A stretch of DNA of 26,484 nucleotides from Macrostomum lignano (Eukaryota). Below, in pieces: positions 11,062 to 22,800 of this stretch; positions within the stretch are counted from its first letter, which is position 1, and each line of letters starts with the position of its first letter. Location: assembly GCA_002269645.1 (NCBI GenBank), contig NIVC01005091.1, positions 1 through 26,484 on the forward strand, given 5' to 3'. The notes under the pieces are model-generated. The model had not been told where the DNA came from and did no database searches. It saw nothing but the letters and a program-made list of their open reading frames with translations. The translations under genes and the position numbers were made by a program.

Positions 11062-11830
11062 GAACCAAATTGGCTCAGTCGGACCCTTCGAAGAAGGGAC
11101 AGAGACATGGATTCAATACCAGGAGCGCATTGAACAGTTCTTTGTTGCCAACGACATTGCAGACGAGAAAAGGAGAGCAGTGTTGCTAAGCACGTGTGAG
11201 AAACAAACATACGAGTATTACATATCAGTTGCTCTGCAGCCTTCTGTCGCCGAATAAGCCAGCCCAAACGTCTTACGCTGACATCTGCAAAACACTGAAG
11301 GAACACTTCGACCCAAAGCCGCCAGAAATCGTTTTGCGCCATCGCTTTTACACTCGAAACCACCAGCCTGGTGAATCCATTGCCATCTTCTTGGCCGATC
11401 TCCGCAAGTTCGGCTGCAATTTCACCAACCTGAACGGAATGCTGAGGGACAGGCTCGTGCTGGGCATCAACGATGACGGAATCCCGCGGAAGCTCCTTGC
11501 TGAGAAGGAACTGACTCTAGCAAAGGCACAGTCAACTGCACAAGCCCTCGCTACGGCCGCCGAGGGCACTCAACTTGTGATGAAGGGCACCGAGCCAGAG
11601 GCTGTTCATGTCGTTCAGCAGTCGGCAGCTGCCAGACGCTGTTTCCGGTGTCTCTCACAGCGGCACCTGGCGGCCAAGTGTGCCTTCTTGAGCAAGAATG
11701 CTTCAACTGTTCCAAGCCGGGGCACACGGCAGCTGCATACAAGTCCCAGGCAGCCAGTGGTCGATGCGAGAGCCAGGTGGCGGTGTGCGAAGTCGAGTCG
11801 GAGATTGAGGAGACACACTCTCTGCACGTG
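11060..11830 (+). pseudogene. gag: Ty3/Gypsy (Mag-like) gag, frameshifted
   Basis: Typical Mag-type N-terminus (W..Y.ERIEQFFVANDI) and MLRDRLVLGI. CCHC knuckle CFRCLSQRHLAAKC at 11640-11681. A second knuckle (CFNCSKPGHTAAAY, last Cys lost) is in another frame. Frameshifts at ~11212-11224 and ~11690. Confidence 0.9.
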
Positions 11831-13721
11831 ATGGCCAAACGGAAGGGCAAGGTCCCGCCTATTGAGACGACGGTTACAATTGACGACGCACCCGTCCGTA
11901 TGAAGATTGACACAGGTGCGTCATTTTCGCTCATATCTGCCAGGACCTATCGCTCACAGCTGCTGGGGCGGCCCAAGCTCGAGCCTGCTGGCACGATGTT
12001 ACGAACGTACTCCGGCGAGCCGGTCCACGGCAGGACCCGCGTTGGCGTGCGCGCCGAGGAAACTGCCAAGGTCCTGCCACTGCTCGTGGTGGATGGCACC
12101 GGTTCAGATTTGATTGGGCGAAACTGGCTGGCCGATCTGCCCCTGGACTGGCGCGGGATCAAGCAGATGCAGTTACATCAGAGCGGTGAGCATCTGAAGA
12201 TCCGCGACCTGCTGAAGCAGTATTCCGGTGTGTTCGAGTCCGGACTCGGCCAGTACAGAGGGCAGCCGGTGCAGCTGCGACTGAAGGACGGGGCCCGGCC
12301 TCGCTTTCTGCCTTTTGCCTTTTGCCAAGGTTGAGGCACAGCTGGACAAGGAGATTGAGCAAGGTGTGCTCAAGCCCGTGAGTAGCTCTGACTATGCATC
12401 GCCTATTGTTCTGGTGCTCAACCCCGATGGATCCGTTCGCATCTGTGCCAACTTCAAGCGGACGGTGAATCTCGACGTGGAACCAGACAAGTATCCGCTG
12501 CCTCGGATTGACGAGCTATTCGCTAAGCTGGCCGGAGGGCAGAAGTTCACGAAGCTTGACCTCTCACAGGCGTATTCGCAGATGCCTCTGGATGAGGCTT
12601 CTCAGCAGATCTGCACCATAAACACGTCTAAAGGGCTGCTGCGCTACGGCTTACGTTTGGCGTGGCGCCTGCGGTCGGAATTTTTCAGAGGCACATGGAT
12701 AGCCTGCTGCAGGCCATTCCGCACGTCGAATGCTTCATTGATGACCTCATCATCACCGGGAGCGACGACGAGAGCCACCTGCGTTCACTAGAGCTGGTTC
12801 TACAGCGCCTGCAGCAGAATGGTCTGAAGTGCGGACCGAACAAGTGCAGCTTCATGCAGGAGAGCGTGAGCTATCTGGGACACCGAATCGATGCCACCGG
12901 CTTGCACCCGCTGCCAGAGAAGGTGCGGGCCATCGTGGATGCGCCAACGCCCAAGGACGAGACTCAGCTCCGCAGCTTCCTGGGGTTGGTCAACTACTAC
13001 GGAAAATTCCTGCCGAACCTGTCCACCGAGCTGGCCCCACTGCATCGTCTACTGAACCGGGACGCTGGCTGGCGCTGGGGCACCGCACAGGATGTTGCCT
13101 TCCGTAAGAGCAAAGAGCTGCTCAGCAGGGCGCCCATGCTCGCACATTTCGATGAGCGGCAGCCGCTAGTGCTGGAGTGCGACGCTTCTCCATACGGCAT
13201 CGGCGCTGTCATCAGCCATCGAATCGACGGAATCGACAGACCGATCGCCCTTGCCTCGCGCTCGCTGCACGAAGCCGAGACTAAGTACTCCCAGCTGGAG
13301 AAGGAGGCGCTGGCAGTGGTGTTCGGAGTGAAGAAGTTTCACATGTTTCTATGCGGCCGGCAGTTCACGCTGATCAGCGATCACAAGCCGCTGTTGGGGC
13401 TGCTGCATGAGTCGAAGCCGATTCCTGCCATGGCTTCCAGCAGAATCCAGCGGCGGGCGCTCACCCTGGCCGCCTACGGCTACTCCATGGTGCACAGGGC
13501 GGGCAGGTCGCTGCTGCGTGCGAATGCTCTCAGCCGTCTGCCGCTGCCAGAGAGGCCGAAGGATTCACTGGTGCTAGCGGATGTCGTGCTGCTCATGGAC
13601 ATGCTGGACGAAGGTCCAATGACGGCACGACACATTCGAGCATGGACAAGGACGGACCCCGTGCTGTCCAAGGTGTTGCGATCAGCCGAGTCCGGCCAGT
13701 GGCCGGCGAGACCGCCTCCGT

Positions 13722-13723
<2 letters not shown>
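11831..13723 (+). pseudogene. pol: Ty3/Gypsy pol (protease, RT, RNase H), frameshifted and truncated before integrase
   Basis: Protease IDTGAS (Asp at 11909). RT motifs SPIVLV, YPLPRIDELF, KLDLSQAY and FIDD (12734-12745). RNase H motifs CDASPYGIGAV, EKEALA, SDHKPL and ANALSR (normally ADALSR). Frameshifts at ~12320 and ~12655. Confidence 0.95.
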
Positions 13724-14886
<1,163 letters not shown>

Positions 14887-15842
14887 TAACACGAGTAGTT
14901 TATAGTATCGGTGGCAGACAATAAAATTTATAGTAAGGCTGTTGTCAAGCATGGTGGTGTATTTGATTATTGAAAAAACTGGACCTTCTTAGAGTTTAGC
15001 GCAGCTATTCCAGTTCTTGAAATCGTAAACAACTTGATTTATTTTGACGCTCGTAGAAATTTTATAAACAAATTAAAAAAACATTTACGCATTTAAACTT
15101 TGGTCAAGCCTTTTTCGAAAAAAATTCTGCTAACTGGGGCGGCGAAAACGCGATTAAAGCAGGTGTCAGACCAGTGTATAAACGTGCTGTGTCAGCGGGA
15201 TGAAACTTACAGTAGAAATATTGTAGTAAAATGTCTAAATAGTCTGATAAAAATTGGTTTTTGTGGGCTATTTTAGTTTCAACATGAGCAGATGCAGAGT
15301 GCAGAAATGTTGAACGCTCATCATAATTAGTCTCTGCTTTTTCGCTTTGCTAATCACGTCCGGGACCTTCAGGCGGCGTGGCTGTCCGGCCTATTGGTGC
15401 CGGGGCCGTCCACTGGGTCGTAGAACTGAGCCCTGTCTGCAATGTTGGGAAAAATTGTTTGCTATTATATTTACTAATTATACTGTATTAGTGAATAGTG
15501 ACTGTGTCCTTGATCTGACTGTCTTAAGACTCATCGATTTATCATGGCTTGTTTACCAGATTTGGGATATTACAAATGCCAAACATAACAAGAAATAGAA
15601 ATAATCTGACATGGGCATGTAGGGCATGTAAAGCGGATGGCTGCTGCACTGGCAGATAGCGCCAATCCTGGAGGCCGGCTGTGGCTGCAGAACGCATTGG
15701 CAAAATGGGAAGCTCTCAGCTTTTGTCATCAATTCTCAATATTTCACCTTCTGAACATCCGAATCGCAAATCGAACAAATCTAAGTTTTGCTCGAGCTGA
15801 GCTCATGAGTTTATTGAGCTAGCTTTTATGAAGTGCTACCTC

Positions 15843-16235
15843 GCTCACTCACTCACTCACTCACTCACTCACTCACTCACTCACTCACTCACTCACTCAC
15901 TCACTCACTCACTCACTCACTCACTCACTCACTCACTCACTCACTCACTCACTCACTCACTCACTCACTCACTCACTCACTCACTCACTCACTCACTCAC
16001 TCACTCACTCACTCACTCACTCACTCACTCACTCACTCACTCACTCATTCACTCACTCACCCACACTCATTCACTCACTAACTCACTCACTCACTCACTT
16101 ACTCACCCACTCACTCACTCACTCACTCACTCACTCACTCACTCACTTACCCACTCACTCACTCACTCACTCACTCACTCACTCACTCACTCACCCACTC
16201 ACTCACTCACTCACTCACTCACTCACTCACTCACT
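15843..16235. repeat. (ACTC)n microsatellite, ~390 bp
   Basis: Read directly. The left half is perfect and the right half has scattered variants. Confidence 0.97.
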
Positions 16236-16653
16236 TTAATCAAACATCAAACAGCAAAGAAGAAAACCTTGCTCGCCTGCATGAAGCAGTACTTTCAGTT
16301 CAAGGCTTTTGAAGCTGGGGAGTAAAAATGAGAAAAATTTCTATTTTTGTTGAACCCAGCAGAACATAAATATAGAAAGAAGAATTGTGATTCCATTCCG
16401 GCACTATTTTCCATTTGTCCTATTTTCAAACCCAAATTTCGGTGTCGCAGTTCGCTGTTTCTCTGCTTTCAGTAGCAAAAGGAAGAACGCATAGGCTATT
16501 TTATAGAAGAAAGGCAGCTGGATGACCCGTAAAGAACTTGCTGTCGGTGCAGCAATAAAGAAAATTGTCATTCCAATTCGAAATTGAGCTATGCCTAATA
16601 GTGAAGCTTCCATTCTCAATTGCTGGCTGTGGAAAAAGCAAAAGGTTTTACTT

Positions 16654-16899
16654 TCAATTTTGAAGCTGTGCATATGTATGGAGATAGATTTTCCTACACA
16701 TCTCGTGCTTTGTTTTTAAATTGTAGACATCCGAAAAGGTGCAGCTAGTTTCTAGCGGCTTGCTTGTAACCAAGGTTAAGAAAGAACAATCTAAATCCCC
16801 ACGCTGAGTCCCCAAACCTGGTCCGTACGGCTCCTCAATCCGGTAGTTCGTCTTCAAGTTCAGTTCGTCCCTCAGGCGCCTGGTCTGCACAGCGTAGAC
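16654..16899 (-). CDS. Exon o: end of TM helix and cytoplasmic tail (3' boundary uncertain)
   Basis: Acceptor CTGCAG at 16900-16901, then VYAVQTRRLRDELNLKTNYRIEEPYG. Basic residues follow the TM, as expected on the cytoplasmic side. Confidence 0.7.
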   Translation of the reverse strand, partial: VYAVQTRRLRDELNLKTNYRIEEPYGPGLGTQRGDLDCSFLTLVTSKPLETSCTFSDVYNLKTKHEMCRKIYLHTYAQLQN

Positions 16900-19800
16900 C
16901 TGCAGGTTTTAGGAGGGTTTGTGCGGTTTTAGCGGACTTCCCATATCACCCAGTTGCTTAGGAAATAGCTTTTGCGAGCTTCTTCATGTAACTAAAACAA
17001 GGATTTTAGTTGTCCCCGACTGCTACTTAGTCGGTATAAGCAAAGAAGCACAGCTAATGGGCACAAGCGCTAGTGCAGTATTGCATACAGCAGCATTCAA
17101 GTCGCTTACGATGATAAAGATGACGAGGACAAGCAGGAAAAGTCCGCCAATTACTGCAACCAGAATGATCAGGATGGTGTAATCCTGCGACACGGCCTCT
17201 GTGCCACCGCTTGTGGCTGTGCCGGCACTGGCTGCCGCAGTCGTGGCCGCTGCCCGAGTGGTGGATTCGACGGCCGTTGTCGTTGAGCTGGTACTGGTGA
17301 GGCTTGTGACGGCTGTGAAATTAGGGAACCATTCGAAATTATTTCATATGGTATATACATGTCAAAGGCACAAAAAGCGCTTGCAATTTAAGCTGCTTTG
17401 CTCACCCGAAGATCCAATGTTATCGATGATGACACCACCCAGATCTGTTGCTTTCAAACCTTTTGTGAGAAGCTCGATAATAGAAGCTGCTGTGTTTGTA
17501 GACGTGTCTCGAACCACAAGGTTTCCACTGATGACAACACTTCCCGACTTAAACTGTAAGTTCACTGCGTTTTGCAGTTCACCATAAAGCGAAGTTGACC
17601 TGGATGATTTCATAACGGTCTCGAAGGCGTAGTTAGCCAGCTGCTTGTAGCGCCAACTGTTCGGGTCTGCATAGTCATCGAACCACTGCAAATTTGAAAA
17701 GCGGAACGAGAACGGCACGGTCTTGACGTTCTTAAACACAGGCTGGTAGTTGGACGGACAGATGCAAGACGTCGTTGTGGGCGCAACAGTCGTAGTTGTA
17801 GTCGGAGTTGTAGTAGTTGTAGTCGTCGTCGTTGTTGTTGTGGTGCTCGTAGTCGGAGTAGTTGTGGTAGTAGTCGGAGTAGTTGTGGTAGTAGTCGGAG
17901 TAGTTGTGGTAGTAGTCGGAGTAGTTGTGGTAGTAGTCGGAGTAGTTGTGGTAGTAGTCGGAGTAGTTGTGGTAGTAGTCGGAGTAGTTGTGGTAGTAGT
18001 CGGAGTGGTTGTGGTAGTAGTCGGAGTAGTTGTGGTAGTAGTCGGAGTGGTTGTGGTAGTAGTCGGAGTGGTTGTGGTAGTAGTCGGAGTGGTTGTGGTA
18101 GTAGTTGGAGTGGTTGTGGTAGTAGTCGGAGTGGTTGTGGTAGTAGTCGGAGTGGTTGTGGTAGTAGTCGGAGTGGTTGTGGTAGTAATCGGAGTGGTTG
18201 TGGTAGTAGTCAGAGTGGTTGTGGTAGTAGTCGGAGTGGTTTTGGTAGTCGTCGGAGTGGTTGTCGTAGTAGTTGGAGTGGTTATTGATGTAGTCGTTGT
18301 CAAACACACTGCTGGAATTGTCGTAAAGCAGCCGTTGATGATGAGGTACATCTGGAAATTTGTGCTCGTCGCTGAAGCTGTCTTAAGCGTGCGCGGCAAA
18401 ATGATGAACTGAGCTACTGGAAAGCCGATGTCAAAGCACAGATCCGCCGCAGTGTCTGAGGATACCAAGCTAGCAAGATTTTGGAAAGGTGCCGCATAGA
18501 ACTGCTTGTATCGAATCGTAGCCTCTCTAACGTTTCCGGAGAGACACAACTAGAATTATGGCAGGGTAGAGCATTTACCGTCAGACTGATGCGTTCTCTG
18601 CACTGCTTAGAGAAATAAAGCTAAAAAATTTAGAGCTTACCCTGTCAATATAAATTCCACTACGACAGTTATTAATGGTAAGATCCACAGTCAAATATCC
18701 ATCCGTTCCGGTGCGAATATTGAAGCCAGTAGCATCACTGAAGCTGGTAGCCCCCGTGATATAGTCCATTGGCAGGAGCAATGGGTTCGAAAGAGCGTTT
18801 ACCATTGGACAGACTGAATAAACAATTTGTTTTTAGCCGTTAGTGTTTAGAATAAACAAACAATTTTGTCTTAACATAAAGGATAGTGCATTTGACTTAC
18901 ACGTGGTTCCCACAGTCGTAACGGTCGTGGGGTTTTGGCAGTAGATGAACTGCTAGTCATCGTGCTTGACGTGGTTGTGCTAGTGCTTGTCGTCGTGCTG
19001 GTTGTTGGAGTGCATCCCGGAATCGGCATGAAGCAGCCATACACCGACAGGAAGAAGTTGTAAGTGCTAGATCCGGTGGCTGTAGAAGACTTCAGTTCCT
19101 TCGGTGCGATGATGATAGTGCTCACGTTGAAGTTCAGGTCGTAGCACAGCAGTCCTGGACCGTCTTGAATAATAGTTGTGGACTGAACCAGTGGCAGGTA
19201 TGACTGAGATGCCGATGTCTGGTAGATGAGGTCAGCTCTCTTTACATTGCCGCCGATAAGGCAAACCTAAAAAGTGCAAGGATTTTTCGGTTACAGATTG
19301 AATCGTTACGCGACTCTAATGACCAATTAAATAAATGCTACAGAGCCTAATTGTACCTGTGTGATGTATTCTGGTCTGCGGCAGTTGTTGGATGTCAAAT
19401 CGATGAAAAGTCCTTCGCCGGGTGCTCTAGACATTGTGTAGCCCAATACAGGAGAGAATGTTGCTCCACTGATGGCCCAGGAAGGCAGCAACGATGTATC
19501 AGCGATCGCATCGACAGCAGGACAAACTAAAAGTAATATTCAAGTTCAGTATACGATAACAAAAAGATTGAAAGAAATTAAGCCAAAGTACGAGCTACTT
19601 ACATGTTGGCTTTGGTGTAGTAGTTGCTGTCGTAGTTGAACTTGTTGTTGTCGATGTGGTGGAAGCTGTTGAAGTAGTTGGTGTTGTTGTTGCAGTTGAC
19701 TTTGTTGTCTCAGTTGTGGAAGCAACTGGTGTTGTAGTTGTAGAAGATGTTGGCAGTGTAGTAGTTTTCGTTGTTGGTGTAGTTGTAGTTGTAGAACTTG

Positions 19801-22800
19801 TTGATGTTGACAATGTGCTTGAAGTTGTAGTAGAGGTCGAAGTTTTAGTTGTTGGAGATGTAGTCGATGTGCTGGTTGTCGGAGTCGTCGTTGTTGAGGT
19901 CGTCGTTGTGGGTGTTGTAGTCGTTGTACTCGTTGTCGTTGAAGTCGTGGTTGAAGTTGTCGTTGGAGTAGTAGTTGTGGTGGTAGTCGTTGGAGTCGTG
20001 AGGCAGGCGCCTGTTAGCGGCGTGAAGCAGGCATCGACTCTAACAAAGAAATTGAACATACTGTCGGTCGAGAACGATTTGAGTCGCAGAGGCACAATTG
20101 CTATTTTAGCTACAGTCTCTTTGTTGAGAACTGTGTAGCACCACGGACTCGTAGTGTCAACTGAGATGCTCGAAGCAGACAAATCAGGCGAGTACTTTTC
20201 AGTGCTTAATCTTGCAAACAGCAAGTTGGCTTCTCGCACGTTACCAATCAGACAAATCTGAAAGAATAAGCGGACATTCCAGTGTATGGAAACATGTGAG
20301 GAAAATATAGTTCAAGACACGTCATAAATGACATACAAACGCGTACCCTATCAACGACTATTGGCGGCCGACATGAGTTTACAGTCAGATCAATCTCAAG
20401 GCTTCCGTTCTTCAGAGGAAGTCTGTAGCCATAGAATGGGTCGTATTCTCCACCAGTTACAGCGAATGAAGGAATCAAGTTGGACTGGTAGAAGCCGTCA
20501 ATAGCGCAAGACGTTGTGGTTTCCAGTGTTGTGGTCAGAGTAGTTCTTGTTGTCGTCGATGTCGTAGTGCTGGTCGTTGGAGTCGTCGTAGTGGTAGTTG
20601 TAGTCGGTGTAGTTGTAGTAGTGCTTGTTGTAACAGTAGTCGGCGTGGTCGGCGTTGTAGTAGTTGTAGTCGTACTGGTAGTGCTGGTGCTGGTCGTTGT
20701 GGTCGGCGTGGTCAGACACGTGGAGTTAAGAGGATTGATGCAGGCCATGAGAGACACGAAGAACTGGTACTCGGTTGAGTTGTAGCCAGGCTTTGTAGCT
20801 TGAGGAACAATCATTAGTTCAGAGGTGAGTCTATTAAGATCATAGCACAGAGGATCTCCAGTTGAAGAAGTCTTTCCTGGCGTGTTGAAGTCGGGTACCA
20901 GTTTGTCGCTGGTTGGCTCTCGGATCAAGATTTGTGCATTGAACACGTTTCCAGCGATGCACAGCTGCAATCACGATCGTTGACGATTAGTTAGATTAAT
21001 GTTATATACGAGCGTAGTTACTAAGCGAGTAAGCATATCCATATCGGAAACAGGAATACAACATCTAAACTTTACCCTTGAAATCACAGCAGCGGGTCGG
21101 CAGCCAAAGACAGTAAGATCGATTTTCAATGCGGCTTTGAGGGGAAGAATGTATCCAAAAAGCTCTCTGTATGTGCCACCAGTGACTGCGAATGATGGCA
21201 GCAAGTCCGAACGACTGAAGGCATCAACGAGGCATGCTGAAAATCAAGTAGTCAGTTTGCACAAATGATTAATCGCATCTTGTAAGCTGGGTTTCCAAAG
21301 AAACTGGAGAACAAAAACTAAAAAGTTTCTTTTTAAACTTTGTTTTAACTTACAAGTAGTAGTAGTCGGGGTTGTTATTGTAGTTGTTGGAGTCGTCGTC
21401 ACAGTCGTGGTGGGCGTAGTTGTAGTTGTAGTAGTGGTAGGTGTAGTTGTTGTAGTGGAAGTCGAAGAGGTGCTTGTCGATGTTGGCGTTGTTGTAGTTG
21501 TAGATGACGTTGGTAGAGTAGTTGGCGTTGTGGTTGTCGATGATGTCGTTGTGGTTGTTGTAGGAGTTGTTGTTGGCGTTGTAGTTGTTGAAGTTGTGGT
21601 CGGTGTTGTTGTGCTTGTTGTTGTGCTTGTAGTGGGAGTTGTGGGAGTTGTGGTAGTAGTAGTGGCTGTAGTCGTTGTGGTTGTGGTTGTTGGTGTTGTT
21701 TGGCATGTGTCGTTAAGCGGCAAGAAGCAAGCTTGTATAGTCAAGAAAAACTGATAGTTCACTGCAGGAGCTTGAAGAGCAGTAGGCTTGACTTGGAGCT
21801 CGACCATGTCGATGTTCAAATTGTAGCATAGTTGAGAACTACTAGTTTCATAGTTTATTGAGTCGGCGAAGATAACCGGATAGTCGGAATATGTTCTTCG
21901 ATAAACCACGTTTGATCTTTTCACATTTCCTCCTATCAAGCAAACCTGAAATGTTCCAAGCGTTTTAAACGGAGTATCTGAAGACAAAATTCTCGTAGTC
22001 TATAGTAAGCACACTGCTTAGCTGTTAAAACTACTACATCATTCGTAGAAAAGACTTTTGACTCAGAAACAAAAAATATTCAAATAGTTTTACGTGATAA
22101 ACTGTTTAGGTTTGCTCTCAACACTAACTGTCGAACAAAAACTATAAGAGTTTAACTATAGTTTAACTAAACTATAAAAGTAGTACTTTGTACTAATTGC
22201 TTAATAGTACTACAAGGGTGTTCAAAACGTCTTAGGACGTTTTCTCATTACTGTTGGGCTGCGCCCTTCCAGTGCTTGTGTACTTTGTCTTGTTTTCATT
22301 TTTTCAGGCCGCCCCGCCCCGTCCCCCGTCTCGCGCCCGGGCCAGGGTTTGTGAGAGGCGTAAGCCTCAACCCTGGCCTCGCCCTTTCTGCACCCAGCCC
22401 CGGCCCAACTTCTGTCCAATCTGGTTGCTGACCCTACCCCCTCCCTCTTTGCCCGCCTCACCCTAGGGCTGCTCGTATTGGCTGGCTGGCTGATAAGCCG
22501 GCTGGGCCCCAGGGTTTGGCTCGCCCTCTCCATTCTGCCCTACCCCTCCCCTTTTTGTGTAAATATTATGTAAAGGCTAGCCCTGAGCGGGCTGCGCTCC
22601 ACGCTTTTCGTTCTTTCTGATTTTCCGTTCTTCGGCGTACCTCTGCCATTTGCGTACCAATAACTGCTTCGTGCCAATAACTGCTTTTTACCAATAAACG
22701 TTCCGCCAATTCTAACGCTTCGTTAATAAGTCGATACATCAAGAAGAGGTGAGCGCGTGCTTTCTTCTTTCGGGTTGCCGCGTAGGGCCGGATCTGCAGG

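Noticed and set aside
11007-13212. Several short ORFs overlapping the Gypsy element in other frames or strands
   Set aside because: They are expected by-products of GC-rich pol sequence and carry no independent motifs.
15828-16325. (HSLT)n ORFs
   Set aside because: They are translations of the (ACTC)n array.
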